Notes: generated by a model from the sequence alone, not told the origin. A stretch of DNA of 64,000 nt from Felis catus (GCF_018350175.1 NC_058382.1:54376001-54440000), one strand, 5' to 3'. Shown: positions 26,535-40,075, counted from the first letter of the stretch. Numbers and translations are program-made.

Positions 26535-26584
26535 AGAATGAGGTCTAAGAAAAGACCATAAAGTTTTCATTACCAAGAATACTT

Positions 26585-27000
26585 TCACTCATTTATTCAC
26601 TTGGTCATTCACTAAATGGATATTTATTGAGAACCTCTGACATGCAGGGCACAGTATGGAGATAGTGGGGGGCACAAGGGTGAACATGTTACATGAGATC
26701 CTGGTCTGCACTGAGCTTATATTCTAGTAGAAGGAAAAAGACAGAAAGAAGGGATTAAACAAGCCAATGCAGATAGTGGAGAGTATTATTTTAAGAACTA
26801 CTACAGAATGGCAGGAGGATGGGAGAACAATAGACTGGGAAGTCAATGAAGGTATCTCCAAATAGGTAACATTTGAACAAAGATGTGAGTAATAAGGAAG
26901 AATCAACTGAGTAAGGATTTAGGGGCAAGGTCCAGGGGAAAGCCAAGAGAGAGGGAAGGAAGGAACAAGGGAGGGGAGATAGAAAGTGTCAGAACTAGTT
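26585..27000 (-). mobile_element. L2 3' fragment
   Basis: cattcactaaatggatatttattgag; ggtaacatttgaacaaaga. Confidence 0.65.
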
Positions 27001-28369
27001 GAGCAAAAACCCAGGAGAAAGAGAAGTTGATGGGACCCACAGCACAGCAGTAATGCACAAGCATTATGATTTCTACAGCTACATTTAAACAGCCTTGGTA
27101 GGCTTGGGGAAAGGTGAATCATTGTCACTTGTACACTCTGTGACGGTTCATTAGCACTCCTGACTAATGGAAGATGACAAAGATTGGGCAAGAAAAGTGA
27201 CTGCAGCAAATGCCTTGGCATCTCTAATTCTTCGTCTTTGGCAAACAGCCTCTTCAACAGTCCCTTGCGCTGGGTTTGGCAGCTGGGCACTCCCAGAACT
27301 GCAAGGAGGCACAGCAGACATGATCCTTGCAATGCAGCAAAACCGAGATCTTCAGGGAACAGGCTCTGGAAGACGATGTAGAGTTCATCCATCTTCTGAA
27401 GAAAGTGATTCCAGCAGATCTCTGGTATCCCTGGGCTCCAACTCAAGCAACCCCCAGCCATCCCACCTCAGAGCCATCTCCTATCACATCTCTCTTCCTC
27501 TCTTTCCTATAGCCATGTTGGGCAAGAAAGAATTAGACTCCAGCTCCTGGGAAAAAGCTTCAGGCTGCACATTCACCAAAAGACCTTGAGAAAGCCGTAA
27601 GAAAGTTTCTGGATATCTGTGTAGGTAACACTTTCCCAAGGAGACTCATGGAAAGGCAGGACCCACTTTGTCATCAGTGCTTGACAATTGTCATTGACTC
27701 AGCTATGTAAACCAGAGGTCCCTAGTACTCTGACTTGCTGCAGGCACATTTTTCTTTTATTATCCAAATAACATGGTTCAAGCCACCATCTCAGAACTAA
27801 CAGAAGTCCTAGGACCCTTCCTGGGTCTGAAAATGGAGAGGGGGAGTAATTGGAGTAAGGTTTATATTTCTACAGGTCGTCTCTTTTCTCTGCTTCCTCT
27901 GACACAATTCTTCCTTCCTTCCCCCTCCCTCCACACAACACTATCCAAAGCTATTGGGTGTGGTTAACTTTTATGGGGGCATTTAGGGATAACAGAAGTG
28001 GTTTCTTTAAAACCACTAAAACTGCACCAATTTTACATAGTTCTTCATAATTCCTCCTCCACAGTCAGTTTCTCCTGCCACAATTTTACCTAGGGTGCTG
28101 CCTCCTGTCATATTACTGGGGCCCTCTTCTCACATTACTGAGACCCTCCTTGTTAGGCTACCCATCAACACTAAAATCCTTATTATCTTAGTGAGAGAAG
28201 CCTCTTCAACTCACCCTCACAAGTCTATGCTTTGTGTGGAAGTTGGAAGAAAAAAAAACCACACAACAGAGGCTCATCCTTCTGAACCACACAGTCTCAT
28301 CAAAGTATTGTACTCCATCAGAGAGTCATTCACCCCTGATATTCATGTTGTTCTTCCCACCAATGGCAG

Positions 28370-28373
<4 letters not shown>

Positions 28374-28423
<50 letters not shown>

Positions 28424-28431
28424 TGTGTGTG
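28374..28431 (+). repeat. (GT)n microsatellite
   Basis: Tandem repeat. Confidence 0.97.
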
Positions 28432-29021
28432 ATTTTTTTAGGAGAAAATTTTTTTTCTACCATACTGCATCATGATCCTATCAAGACATTTCAAGACAAA
28501 CATCATCAATGAATTCACTTTCCTCTATGGTCCACTGAAATGACGCTTTAAAGAAGAAATGAAAACACACAGAAATTAAATCAGGTCATTCAAATGCTTT
28601 GAATTGGTGAATCTGTGTGGTGCCAACATATGGTGATGACTAATTAATGGCTGTAGTGGCTCATGTCTTGTGAAAATCCTTCCAGACCACTAGTCTGGTC
28701 AGGATCCATCCAGTGGTCAACTGCATTCCTGGAGCACTGCTCACCTGCTATTACTAATGCATGTACTCCAAATCCATGCCTAGAAATTGAGCAAGCCCAC
28801 TCCCACACTACACAAGTTCAAAGAACCTCAGGCATTGCAAAATAGTCCATTGCAATCTTCTTGCTTTGTTTCATTTTGCTCCTTCTTTTTGATCTTTGCT
28901 TCTAATACTTCAGAATCTACCTGTGTTCTGACTGTTTGGCTTGGTTTCTTACTCTTAGCCCCATAATCACCCTTTTTCATCATTGGAAGGTTTTTGCTTC
29001 CTGGTTTTGACCTCTCTACCG

Positions 29022-29233
29022 CAGGGTTTCTCAAACTCAGCACGACTGACATTGAGTCGAGATAATTATTTGTTATGAGGGGCTGTCCTGGGCACTGTAG
29101 CATTTTTAGCAGCATCCCTGGCCTCTTTCCACTGGATGCCAGTAGTATTCTCCCTGGTTTCAATAACCAAAACTGTCCCTCAACATTGCAAATGTCCCCT
29201 TGGGGTAAGATGGCCTTCACTTGGCAACAACTG
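29022..29233 (-). mobile_element. MER20 hAT-Charlie MITE, full length
   Basis: cagggtttctcaa...agcagcatccctggcctc...aatgtcccc...caactg; 8-bp TSD ctctaccg/atctactg. Confidence 0.9.
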
Positions 29234-30164
29234 ATCTACTGAACATCATTTTCACTTGTCATTTTGTCCCATTAGCTCCTGAATGCTAGGAAACACCACC
29301 TGACAATGGCTTCAGATCTAAAACAAACAAACAACAAACAAACAAAAACAAAAAACAAGTAAGCATGGGCTGTTAGATGCATCTTTGGCCTCCTGTGATG
29401 GAGTTGGGTGAAGACTGGCCTGCCATGATGCACTCCCTCGGGACTCCATGAAGAAGATTCCTAAACAGTTTGTATGCAGAAATTGCCTTTGTCTTGCTGG
29501 CCAAAGCCAAAACATCTGGTTGACCATTAATTTAGCTAATTTTAGTATGCTAGCAAATCCCAATGACTGGATGATTTGTTCATCTTTCACTCATCTTTGG
29601 GGGCTTGCACCCAGGCCATTCACTGGCAAACCAATAGTACCAAAAGAACACAGTTGAAGAGAGGCACAATTAGGAGAAACCAGGCTGTTAACCATCGAAA
29701 TTGAGTAGCTTTGCAGGTCTTTAAACCCCATGAACCCCCTATAGACTAGAATCTAACAGGGCTGCATAAAGCAGGTTTTTATTCTTATATCTCCTTAAAA
29801 TTTGATATTCCATTACAATGCCATTACTCCTGGATCTTGACCACATCCATAAATTGATCCCATCCTCTATAAAAATAAGTGTGACTAGAAGGGAAAATGG
29901 AAAGGCTATGGTAGTCCATTAGAATATTAGGAGACATCCTTTAAGGTGGGGGCGGGGGAAGAAAACATTGGCCTCCTTCCATGCTTGGCCAAGAGCAGCC
30001 CTGCTTGTGTTTATTCTGTTGCCTGGGCTGGTCTTTCTAATTCACCACACTCTCATTCACCCATTTAATAAATGTTGGCCAAGGACTGCTTTGGGCTATG
30101 ATCTCTATTAGTGGCTAGCTATCCGAACATGAATAAGTCTTGAGAAAGCAGATCCCAGAATTCA

Positions 30165-30360
30165 GGTCCCAGAATCAGATATATCTGGGTTCTAATCCTG
30201 GCTCTGCCACTTACCAATTTGCACAAGTCATTTACCCTTCCTGGGACTCAGTTTACTCTTCTGTAAAATTATTGTAAAATTTAAATTAGACAGTAATACA
30301 CTTATCACAGGTCTTGATATATAGTCAACGATCTATAAATGTTAGAGATGATTATGGTGA
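30165..30360 (+). mobile_element. MIR
   Basis: ctgggttctaatcctggctctgccactta. Confidence 0.8.
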
Positions 30361-33104
30361 TGATAATATTTCTCAAGACTGTTCTCAGGGAGCTCACAAT
30401 CAAGTTAAGTGTCAGGGGAGGAGAGATCAGGAAAACAGTTAACTGCAGCCAAGTGTGGTGAGTGCTGGTGCAGAAATCTCATTGAGTACAGCAGTGCCAC
30501 ACAAAAGAGAATGGTTTATAATACTGTGAGAGAGGAAGAAGAAGGATAGCTTCCTAGATAAGGCAACCTGTGTTTCTGGGGTTACTAAATCATTCCTCTC
30601 CTCAAAAATGTTGACCCTGCACCAAGGTCTCAAAGTAACTCTACTTGAGGACCCAAAAAGATGGCCATTGGAAGAGACTCCAACACTCCTGCACAGGCTC
30701 TTCTCCGTCAGGAAGAGGGAATAAGTTGCCATCAGCTGTGTCAAAGGAAACAAAGCAAAGCAAAGAAGATCAGGAAAAGAGACAAGAGAGTGTGGCCCTG
30801 CACAAAGCTGGAAGGCTTAACTATCATACTACAATTGTTTCTACTCCACATCTGTTTTAATGTGGCCAACTTTACAAGTATTGTCAACCCAACAATAAGA
30901 AGACAAAGGAAAGACAAGGAATTACTCTGTTTCCAACAACTAACATGTTGCATTTACATAGCTTTTGAGTCTTTCAGATGCCCCAAGATTCTGGAAAGGC
31001 GACAGTATATAGACAAAGTACAAGGATTTTGAAGAGCAAACCTATAGCTGCTGTTATGAAGATTCCTTTGTCTCCACAAATTAGAAAAATGCAAAGCTGT
31101 CATGTCCTTTTCTTCTTGTACTTGAGATGCGTATTTCATTCTCAAGGTGGAAAATTTGTAAATACAGAGTTTTATTTAGGGACTGACACTCAGGCCACTG
31201 CATTTATTCAAGACCAGGATGAAACAAATGGTGCCCAAGTCACCACTAAAGCTTTCAGAACAAGGGGAAAGGTCAACAAAGAGACTGCCCACCTGTATCT
31301 AGAGAAGGAATGTTGCCTTGGGAAGAAATATTTTGTGGTTTTTTTCTTTTTTTATTGCATCTGCTTTGAAGATTTTCCTGTTTTGAAATTCTATCAGTTC
31401 TACAAATCAAGATATTTCCTTCAGTTTATTTATGTAAGAAGAAGTTTCCTTATTGATGTTTATTTCACAAAGGCATGGAGAGCCCTGGGATAACCAGTTA
31501 TTCACAGCCGCTGGTCGTGCAATATGCTTTGCCATTTGCCTTTTCATTTCAAGTCCTTGAAAATGAACTTTATACCTTTTTCTAATTGCTAGGGCATACA
31601 TTTAAGCTGTCAACGGAAATGTAAAAGACTGCTTATATGTTTAAGATCCTTAATATTCCTTGTGCAATTATTGGTTATCATTTGAGATTAAGTAATATCG
31701 AGGGGTTTTTTTCTTTTGCAGTGCTATTTCTTCCCCGTGCAGCCCACTTAAATTAGCACACGCTATTCCCAATACTTTGATAAGAAAAAGAAAAGGCTGG
31801 TTATTTATGAGTCTATAGCCTTTTCCAAACACCACTGTAGATAGGTGGCAAAATCCAGTGACATTTTTGGGGTCAAATGCATAAATGTGAATGAAATATG
31901 CTCTTGTCTCTGGGGGCCCATCCCTCATTCCTTGAAGGAATAAAACCCATTGGATGCACACCTGTGATCATGAAGCTCTTAACTTTTTCATTTAATCTTC
32001 CATACAACCAGTATTTATTGATGTCCTATTATTTGCTAGGTACCAAGGATACACTAATAAGCAAAACCAGAACTCCCTGAGAAGATCAAAATGCTCTATA
32101 TCTGTACTAATGCATGTGGCTACAGCTACGCATGTGGCTGTGTTGGACAGCACAGGATAAGAGTCCTCTGTTATCTTTCTTGCTTAAACCACACCTCTAT
32201 GCCTCCTCTCTCATTTTCATCCTGGGTTTCTTTAAAATGGAGTGAAAACTTAAAGACAATTGTGATGCTTTCTGAAAACAGAACCCTTTTAAGTTTTAAT
32301 ATTAAAAAAAAATCATTGGTCTTTTACCCACACCCAATCTGATAGTTATTTTCTGTACCAATATGCATCTTTTAGGTCTTTCAATGCATCCAACACCCAT
32401 CTCCCCTTTCCACTACTATCTTGTTCCTCTCTTTATATGGCCAGCTTTTTGCATGTACAGACAAGGGAGGGGGGAGGGAATGGGTTCCAGTGCGCAGAGA
32501 TTCTGTAGAGTTTTCTCATTCTAAGCAGAGAGCCATAAGGCCAGCATCTGAGAACCTTGAGGCAGGGATTATAAGTGACAGAAAGAGTATGGGCCATGGG
32601 GATACAGTGACTCCTGAGGTGACAGCCAGCATCAGTCCTGTACAATTATATCTGGTATCCAGGGCCCCCTTAACAGCCATGGAGATACTGAACAGGTGGG
32701 CTCAATCCTCTGCATCTTTGAAGCTAGAAGAGCAGAAACATCTTGGCACCAAGATGCTCTTTCCCAGTCCCTCAGCAAGGGACTCCTGCCCATCTTCTGT
32801 CACATACAGCATCCCTGCACTGCAGTAGAAATCCCTTTATCTTCCACCAGAGATCAGCCTCTATTTGGAGAGCTGTAACAAGCAGGTCTATGACTGTTTT
32901 TAAAATAATGTATTAAAGGAAAGCCAGCAGCTAGAGAGAGGAAGACCAATGTGAGCAAATAAAACATTTGGCCAGTGAAATGAAGCTTCTAGAAGCAAAA
33001 GAGGGCAACCCAAACAAGCAAATAACAAGGGCAGTTCAGGAGATTTGAATGCAGCACACAAAAAGAATGTCTGGACCTGAGAAAAAAATGATTTCTCCAT
33101 TGAA

Positions 33105-33284
33105 TAGGGTTCCCAGATTTAGCATACATAAGGAAAACTTCAAGAGGCTCCATTAAATCTGAATTTCATATAAACAATAAATAATTGTAGTATATCCTTC
33201 AGATGCTATACTCCAATATACTTAAAAAATATTCACTCTGAGATGAAATTTAACTGGCGGGTCTGTATTTCTTCTGAAGCTCTA
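33105..33284. mobile_element. hAT MITE (MER53-like)
   Basis: tagggttcccagatttagca...aaatttaactgg...cta; 8-bp TSD ccattgaa/ccactgac. Confidence 0.75.
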
Positions 33285-33510
33285 CCACTGACCAACTCAG
33301 TGGATGAATTGAAGAGAGGCTAGTCTTTGATGTGATACCAACTGATGACTGGAAAACACGTGGAAAAAAACCTCTCACTGCATAGGGCAAGCAAAGAAAT
33401 GGGCAAATGAGAGGAAAGGTGAGACCTGGAGCTAGGTCTAGGAGACATACTATGAGCAATAATATGAATTCCAAGACAAAAGGCAATAATTTTAAGGTGT
33501 GTAATAAGAG

Positions 33511-34267
33511 ATCTATATGCCCCTATGTTTTTTGCAGGATTATTTACAATAGCAAAGAAAGAGGAACAGTCCAAGCGTTCATTGGTAGGTGAATGGATAA
33601 AGAAGATGTGGTATACATACATACAATGGAATATTATTCAGTCATACAAAAGAATGAAATCTCGCCATTTGCAATGACATGGATGGAGTCAGAGTACTAC
33701 ACTAAGTGAAATAAGTCAGAGAAAGACAAATACCATATGATTTCACTTATATGTGGAATTTAACAAAAAAAAATTATCAAAGGAAAAAAGAGAGAGAGAG
33801 AGAGACAAACCAAGAAACAGACTCAACTATAGAGAACAAACTGATGGTTACCAGGATGGAGGTAGGTGCAGGGATGGGGGAAACATGTGATGGGAATGAA
33901 GGAGGTCACTTGTCCTGATGAGCACTGGGTGACGTAGGGAATTGTTGAATTACTATATTGTACACCTAAAACTAACATAATACTGTGTGCTAACTACAGT
34001 GGAATTAAAATAAAATAATAAAAAAAGAAAATTAAGAAAGAGACAAACAAAAAACACTGTTAAATAGAGAGAATAAACTGGTGGTAACCAGAGGGAAGGT
34101 TGGTGGGTAGATGGGTGAAATTGGTAAAGGGGATGAGGAGTAAACTTATCATGGTGAGCAGTGAGTAATGTATAGAATTGTTGAATCATTACATTGTAGA
34201 CCTGAAATCAATATAACACTGTGTGTTAATTATACTTGAATAAAAATAAATAAGTAATAATAAATAA
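33511..34267 (+). mobile_element. Carnivore L1 3' fragment carrying two tandem 3' ends
   Basis: L1 ORF2 C-terminal and 3'UTR motifs; A-rich tails at ~34005-34040 and ~34240-34267; flanking repeat gtgtgtaataa. Confidence 0.9.
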
Positions 34268-34269
34268 AA

Positions 34270-34760
34270 GTGTGTAATAAAAGAAAATCCTTCCTAAGCT
34301 CCAGAGTCTGGAGATTAAAAGGACTCCCAGAGTTCTAGACTTGACTGATGAAGAAAAACACTCATGTGGGTATGTCTTGGTAAAATTCCTGAATGAAATT
34401 AAAATAAAAAATCTGATAAGCTCCCAGACAGAAAGAACAAATTATCTGCAAAAGGGAAAGCATACAATTGTTATCTGACTTACTATCAGCAACACTGGGC
34501 GCTAGAAGTTGATGGAATAACATTTGCCAATGACCAAGCAGAAATCAACCTGGACTCCTCTGCCCAGTCAAGATGGCAGTCACTGGCCAAGGTGAAAGGA
34601 GACTATTGGACATGTGAGAATTTAGAGAGTACACCACCCACAACTCCCGCCTGAGGAAAACAATCAAAGGCTTTCAAAGGGAAGAATTTTATTAGAGACT
34701 TTAAGATAGAGGAAGATGGAGAAGAGAGAAAACAGTGAAGAACAGTGACTACAACACAGG
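34270..34760 (+). mobile_element. HAL1 or old L1 ORF1 remnant (also ~33290-33500)
   Basis: tctgacttactatcagcaacactgggcgctagaag...tggaataaca resembles the ORF1 C-terminal region. Confidence 0.55.
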
Positions 34761-34937
34761 TAGGTAAAGGTAAGTGGATAGTAATGGACTATTGGGCACT
34801 GTGTGATGTAAATGCTACTCAAGTCCTTTGGAAGCAGAAGGGACATATGACAGAGGGGATTCTCATAATAACCCAGAACTGAAGTCCTAGAGAATCCCAG
34901 GCAAACCTAGGAGTAAGAAATGGACAGAGAGAGAGAT

Positions 34938-35156
34938 GGGTGCCTGAGTGGCTTCAGTCAGTTAAGTGTCTGTCTGACTCTTGGTTTCAGCTCAGGTCAT
35001 GATCTCACAGTTCATGAGCTCAAGCCCTGCATCAGGCTCCGTGCTGACAGTGCAGATCCTTCTTGGGATTCTCTCTCTCTCCCTCTCTCTCTCTCTCTCT
35101 GCCTCACCTGTGCTCTCTCTCTCTCTCAAAATAAATAAACTTTAAAACAAAAAAAA
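34938..35156 (+). mobile_element. SINEC (older)
   Basis: Head, CT tract, A tail. Confidence 0.92.
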
Positions 35157-35532
35157 GAAAGGAAGTGAAATGTCCCAAAGATCTCACCTTAAGGAGTGGG
35201 GAGGGGGTGATGAGGAGGAAAGTGGGAAAGGGAACATTCTAGGGGCTTCATCTCCCTCAGGATTGGGATCAGGGAGCAGAACACCATGTTGGGGAAATAG
35301 TGTGCCTTTCTTGAGAAAATCATCATTGGAATCTTGTTAGCAAATAATAACATATAGATGTCTTATGAACTCAAGAAAAGGAAACAAAACAAAACAGGAA
35401 AGTTCACTAGAACACCCAAATTAACAAGGAGGAGAAAACAGAATGAAAAAATAGAATGAATACCAAGCTGCTGGAATCAGCAAAAATAAGGGGAAAAAAA
35501 TTTAAGGAATTAATGATTAAAATAAATAGTTT

Positions 35533-36420
35533 TGTGGCATTGCAAGCTGGTGCAGCCACTCTGGAAAACAGTATGGAGGCTCCTCAAAAAAACTAAAAAC
35601 AGAACTACCCTACGACCCAGCAATTGCACTACTAGGCATTTATCCACGGGATGCAGGCGTGCTGTTTCGAAGGGACACATGCACCCCCATGTTTATAGCA
35701 CCACAATCAATGACAGCCAGAGTATGGAAAGAGCACAAATGTCCATTGATGGATGAATGGATAAAGAAAATGTGGTATATATATACAATGGAGTATTACT
35801 CGGCACTCAAAAAGAATGAAATCTTGCCATTTGCAACTATGTGGATGGAACTGGAGGGGATTATGCTAAGTGAAATTAGTCAGAGGAAGATAAAACTCAT
35901 ATGACTTCACTCATATGAGGACTTTAAAAGACAAAACGGGGGCGCCTGGGTGGCGCAGTCGGTTGAGTGGCCGACTTCAGCCAGGTCACAATCTTGCGGT
36001 CCGTGAGTTCGAGCCCCGCGTCAGGCTCTGGGCTGATGGCTCAGAGCCTGGAGCCTGTTTCTGATTCTGTGTTTCCCTCTCTCTCTGCCCCTCCCCCGTT
36101 CATGCTCTGTCTCTCTCTGTCCCAAAAATAAATAAACGTTGAAAAAAAAAATTAAAAGACAAAACGGATGAACATAAGGGAAGGGAAACAAAAATAATAT
36201 AAAAACAGGGAGGGGGACAAAACAGAAGAGACTCATGGAGAACAAACTGAGGGTTGCTGGAGGGGTTGTGGGAGGGGGGATGGGCTAAATGGGTAAGGGG
36301 CACGAAGGAATCTACTCCTAAAATCATCGTTGCACTATATGCTAACTAATTTGGATGTAAATTTTAAAAAATAAAAAATAAAATAAATGAACATTTAAAA
36401 AAATAAAAATAAATTTAAAA
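35533..36420 (+). mobile_element. Young felid L1, 5'-truncated, with nested SINE
   Basis: Translates KLVQPLWKTVWR and DTCTPMFIA...WIKKMWYIYTMEYYSALKKNEILPFATMWMELEGIMLSEISQ (ORF2 C-terminus), then 3'UTR and A tail. Confidence 0.93.
35938..36150 (+). mobile_element. Young felid SINEC nested in an L1 3' end
   Basis: gggtggcgcagtcgg...cagccaggtcac variant; TSD ttaaaagacaaaacgg. Confidence 0.96.
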
Positions 36421-36611
36421 AAAGAGTACACTTATTGTGGTGAGCACTGAGTAATGTATAGAATTGTTTACTTATACACCTGAAAGGAATATAACACTGT
36501 ATATTAATTATACATAAATTTTTTAATGATTAAATAAAAATTTAGAAAAACAAACAGTTTTGAAGTAATTACCATTCCTAGAACATGCCATTAACATTAC
36601 TTCTCCATACC

Positions 36612-37040
36612 TGTGCTGCCCTCTAGTTTCTTTCTACACGACTTTCTCTGCCCCTATAAGGAAGACATTGGTGAATTACACCAATGGGTTCTCTTGCCAT
36701 CTGGCTTCTTTTTAGGTGCAGCCAGTGATAGGGACCAGCAGAGATCAGAGGGAAGGAGGAGAAGGGGTCAGGGAAGTTATTCCCTGGGCTCCCCCCATGC
36801 CAGGTTGCTGGTGTTGTGCTCCTCTCCAGGAACCCCCATGTACACGGCTGCCCAGCTGTGTTCTCATAATGGCTTCCTCCCTGTCCCTCTTCAGGCCTGG
36901 GATGGTAATGCCCTGGGTTGTCACTGTTCCCAGTTTGATTCCCATAAACTCTGCTCCTACCCTAAGCGGTCACTATATTGACCTCTCCTCAAACTATCCA
37001 TATGGCACGCGCCACCTTTTTTCTGCCAGGACCCCCGATC
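36612..37040 (-). mobile_element. ERVL-type LTR (LTR16/33-like)
   Basis: ttgccatctggcttc...cagcagagatcagagggaaggagga...ggatggtaatg. Confidence 0.6.
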
Positions 37041-37354
37041 GTGTGCTTCTCTCCACGTGAATGCCCCTCTGGGACCTCTCGGCCTTGTGCGCTCCTGCTG
37101 GTACTTCAAGGAGGAAAGTAAATATCACCTCCTCTGTGAAGTAAGAGACGGTGCTGACTGGAGACCTACAGACTGGGGTCCATGTCCTGGCTCTGCTCTG
37201 TAACCAGGACAAGTGACATCCATCTCTGAAAATGGGGGTGGTGGTGCTCACCTCCCAGGCTGTCATGATTATGCACCCTCTAAATGTTGGTTCCCAAGTT
37301 CCCACCCCCATGACTTTGGCAGCAACCCAGGTATTTTCCTTGCTCCTCTAACAT

Positions 37355-37820
37355 TTTTCAGCTACTGTATTGAGGTATCATTCACATGCCATACAATTCA
37401 CCTACTTAGAGTGTATAGCCCAATAGTATTTAGTATACTGACTTGTGCATCCATCACCACAATCAATACAAGAAAATTTTCATTACTCCAAAAAGAAACG
37501 TGCTCTCCTTAGCCATGGCGCCCCCATCCTTCCCCACAGGAGGCAACCACTAATTCGCTTTGTCTCTATAAATCTGCCTATTCTCAACATTTCACACGAA
37601 TGGAGTCATACAATATGTGGTCCTTTGTGTCTGACTCCTTTTACTTAGCATAATGGTTTTAAGGTTCATCCATGTTGTAGCGTGTGTTAGTACTTAATTG
37701 TGTTTCATTGCCAAGTAATCTCCATTTTGTTCCATCCATCGGCTGTTGGACAGTGGGGTTGTTTCCACTTGTTGGCTATTGTGAATAATGCTACTGTGAA
37801 CATTGGTGTATGCCGTAGCG
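37355..37820 (-). mobile_element. L1MB-type 3' end
   Basis: taaggttcatccatgttgtagc, gtttccacttgttggctattgtgaataatgct. Confidence 0.88.
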
Positions 37821-40075
37821 TTTTGTAAAAACCTAGTGGACAGCTCTTACTACTCTGTGCCACAATTATCTGTTGGTGTGTCTGCTTTTCACCCCATTGC
37901 CCACTCACTCACCAGGCAGTAAAATTCCTGTGGGCAGTGTGCACATAGGGGGTCACTCCTGCTGTGCACAGGAACCAGCACATAACAGACATTCTATAAT
38001 GTCTGCAAAATAACGAATCCAGTCCTTCCACCATCTTTGACAGCGGCCAGAATAGCCCTGGCCATTCCTGTATTTGGCAGTTAAACAATCAAAGGGACAA
38101 AATTCTCTCCTCTGATACTTCCTTCCTCCTTCTTTGATCTAGGGCTTCAATAATCTCACGCTCGGTTTTTTAAAAACATTGGCCTCACAGTTCTTCCTTT
38201 TCGTAAAACACAACACAACTTACAAAGGTCATTAATTTTGCCTAGACAATTTGGATATTTGGGAAATCTTATTAAACTGTTGTTATGCACCAGTAACAGC
38301 TTGGACACACTACACGCAAACCCACCATCAACCTCAGATATGGGAGAGAATACCAACCAGCATCCATTGCACATCCTTATGGAGTGAGAGAATTGAGAAC
38401 AATACTAATTGCTCTCCAGTGCTGGGTGTTGATAGGTTACTGTATATTCAAGGAATAGGCAGAAAATAAAAATCAGTGTGGAGTATCAGGACTGAAAAAC
38501 AGTACATTCAGTAAGAAAACCATTTTTGTCCGGCTAAATATCACATCTGGAGAGTGGCTGTAGTATGAGGTTCTGTTATGTGGCAATAAATGTATGGGAT
38601 CACTGAGAACGTAATGTTCTAATAACCGGAAGAGAATTACTGAATCAGAAGTAAACAAATATCTCAGACCATGTCTCCGAGAAACACTGAGCCTGTGCAT
38701 CTCATAGTGAATGTACATGTAAATGAAAGAGAGAGGTGGAGAGAAGCAAGATGTAGTTCGAGAGGTGTGTTTGCAGCTGACCGATAATAAACTCCCTTCT
38801 GGATGAGTAAGATGGGTATATTGAGCCTATAAGCTTGAGAGCACCTGAGTACAGGCTCATCTTGCCATCCTTTTCCAACTTTATCCCTGCAACACTGCAA
38901 ACATGAAACCATCTACATTGACTCACCTCTCTTAAAAGCTGTGCTGTGTGAAAAAAAAAAATTGGATAATAAGATGATTAAATTACTTGTCTGACAATTT
39001 CTGAATGTTGACTGGTGATGTCAGCTATTGTGGCGGGAATCAATTGCTCTTCCTGTCCCTTACCACACCAAAAATAGCACAGTCCACCTGGAGAGGACAG
39101 AAGAAATCAAGAGAGATCATAAAATGTTCCGAAGCTCCAGAGAAAGGAGTAAAGCTCAAGAAAGTTTCAAAGAAGATTTTTCCATAAAACCGTTTTACAA
39201 AAGGAAGATCATTTAGCCAGAATGTCCGTGATTTGACCTGTTACAGAACAAAATGTTATTTCCAGATTTAGATTACTTAGCTACAAACAAACACAATGCT
39301 TTTTTTTTCAAAAGATATTTTAGAATATTGTGTGGGACCTATGACATAGTAAAAAATAAATTCGTTTTAGAGAGATATATATCCCGGAAGAGTGAAACAA
39401 ATATTTCACGCGATGTAACTGAAGAATGTGTTTAACACAAATCACCACTTTGCACCCACGAGAAACATGTGGGGTCACCTTTTGCACCATGAAAACGGAA
39501 AAAAATAACATATATCTAAATATTTCATAATGGAAACACAGCAAATACATTTACTGGTCAATTCTCACACACAGAAAGAATTTGCTTTGCAGTCATTTCC
39601 TTAAAAAGTGACACATACGTAAAGATGACAAATTCCTTTTTTTAATGAAGTTTTTATTTTCCAGGAAATCCATGTTGATCTGAAGAGAGGGATGTGCAAG
39701 GGTCCCTTATCAGCAGGATTTAACGTCACAGCAGCACAGAAACTGAAAGACGGAATGGTGGCGCAGCATTGATGAAAAGATCCGTCATCCGCTTTGCCTT
39801 CCTCTGCTTTTGTTTTCTGGGCTTCTTTTTCGGCCTCTACATATGAGCCATCTCCTGCTCCGTAATAAATGACATTGGTCCCATGAAATGTATGAGCTTT
39901 TCACAGTATAAAATAGCATTGGATAAAGGTATTCTTCATCCATCCATTACCAGTCTTACCATCACAGACCCGGCTCAGTGGAGCTCACCATCATCAGGAA
40001 ATCATTCTTCTGTTATTATAATAAATGATTTTGAAAAGCAGACCATGCTTTTTCTTTCAAAAATATAAGGATATA

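Noticed and set aside
35532..35904. ORFs with real protein similarity
   Set aside because: L1 ORF2 C-terminal fragments from a 5'-truncated element.
39600..39880. Minus-strand charged peptide (YVEAEKEAQKTKAEEGKADDGS) as a coding exon
   Set aside because: No recognisable homology and no convincing splice acceptor/donor pair.
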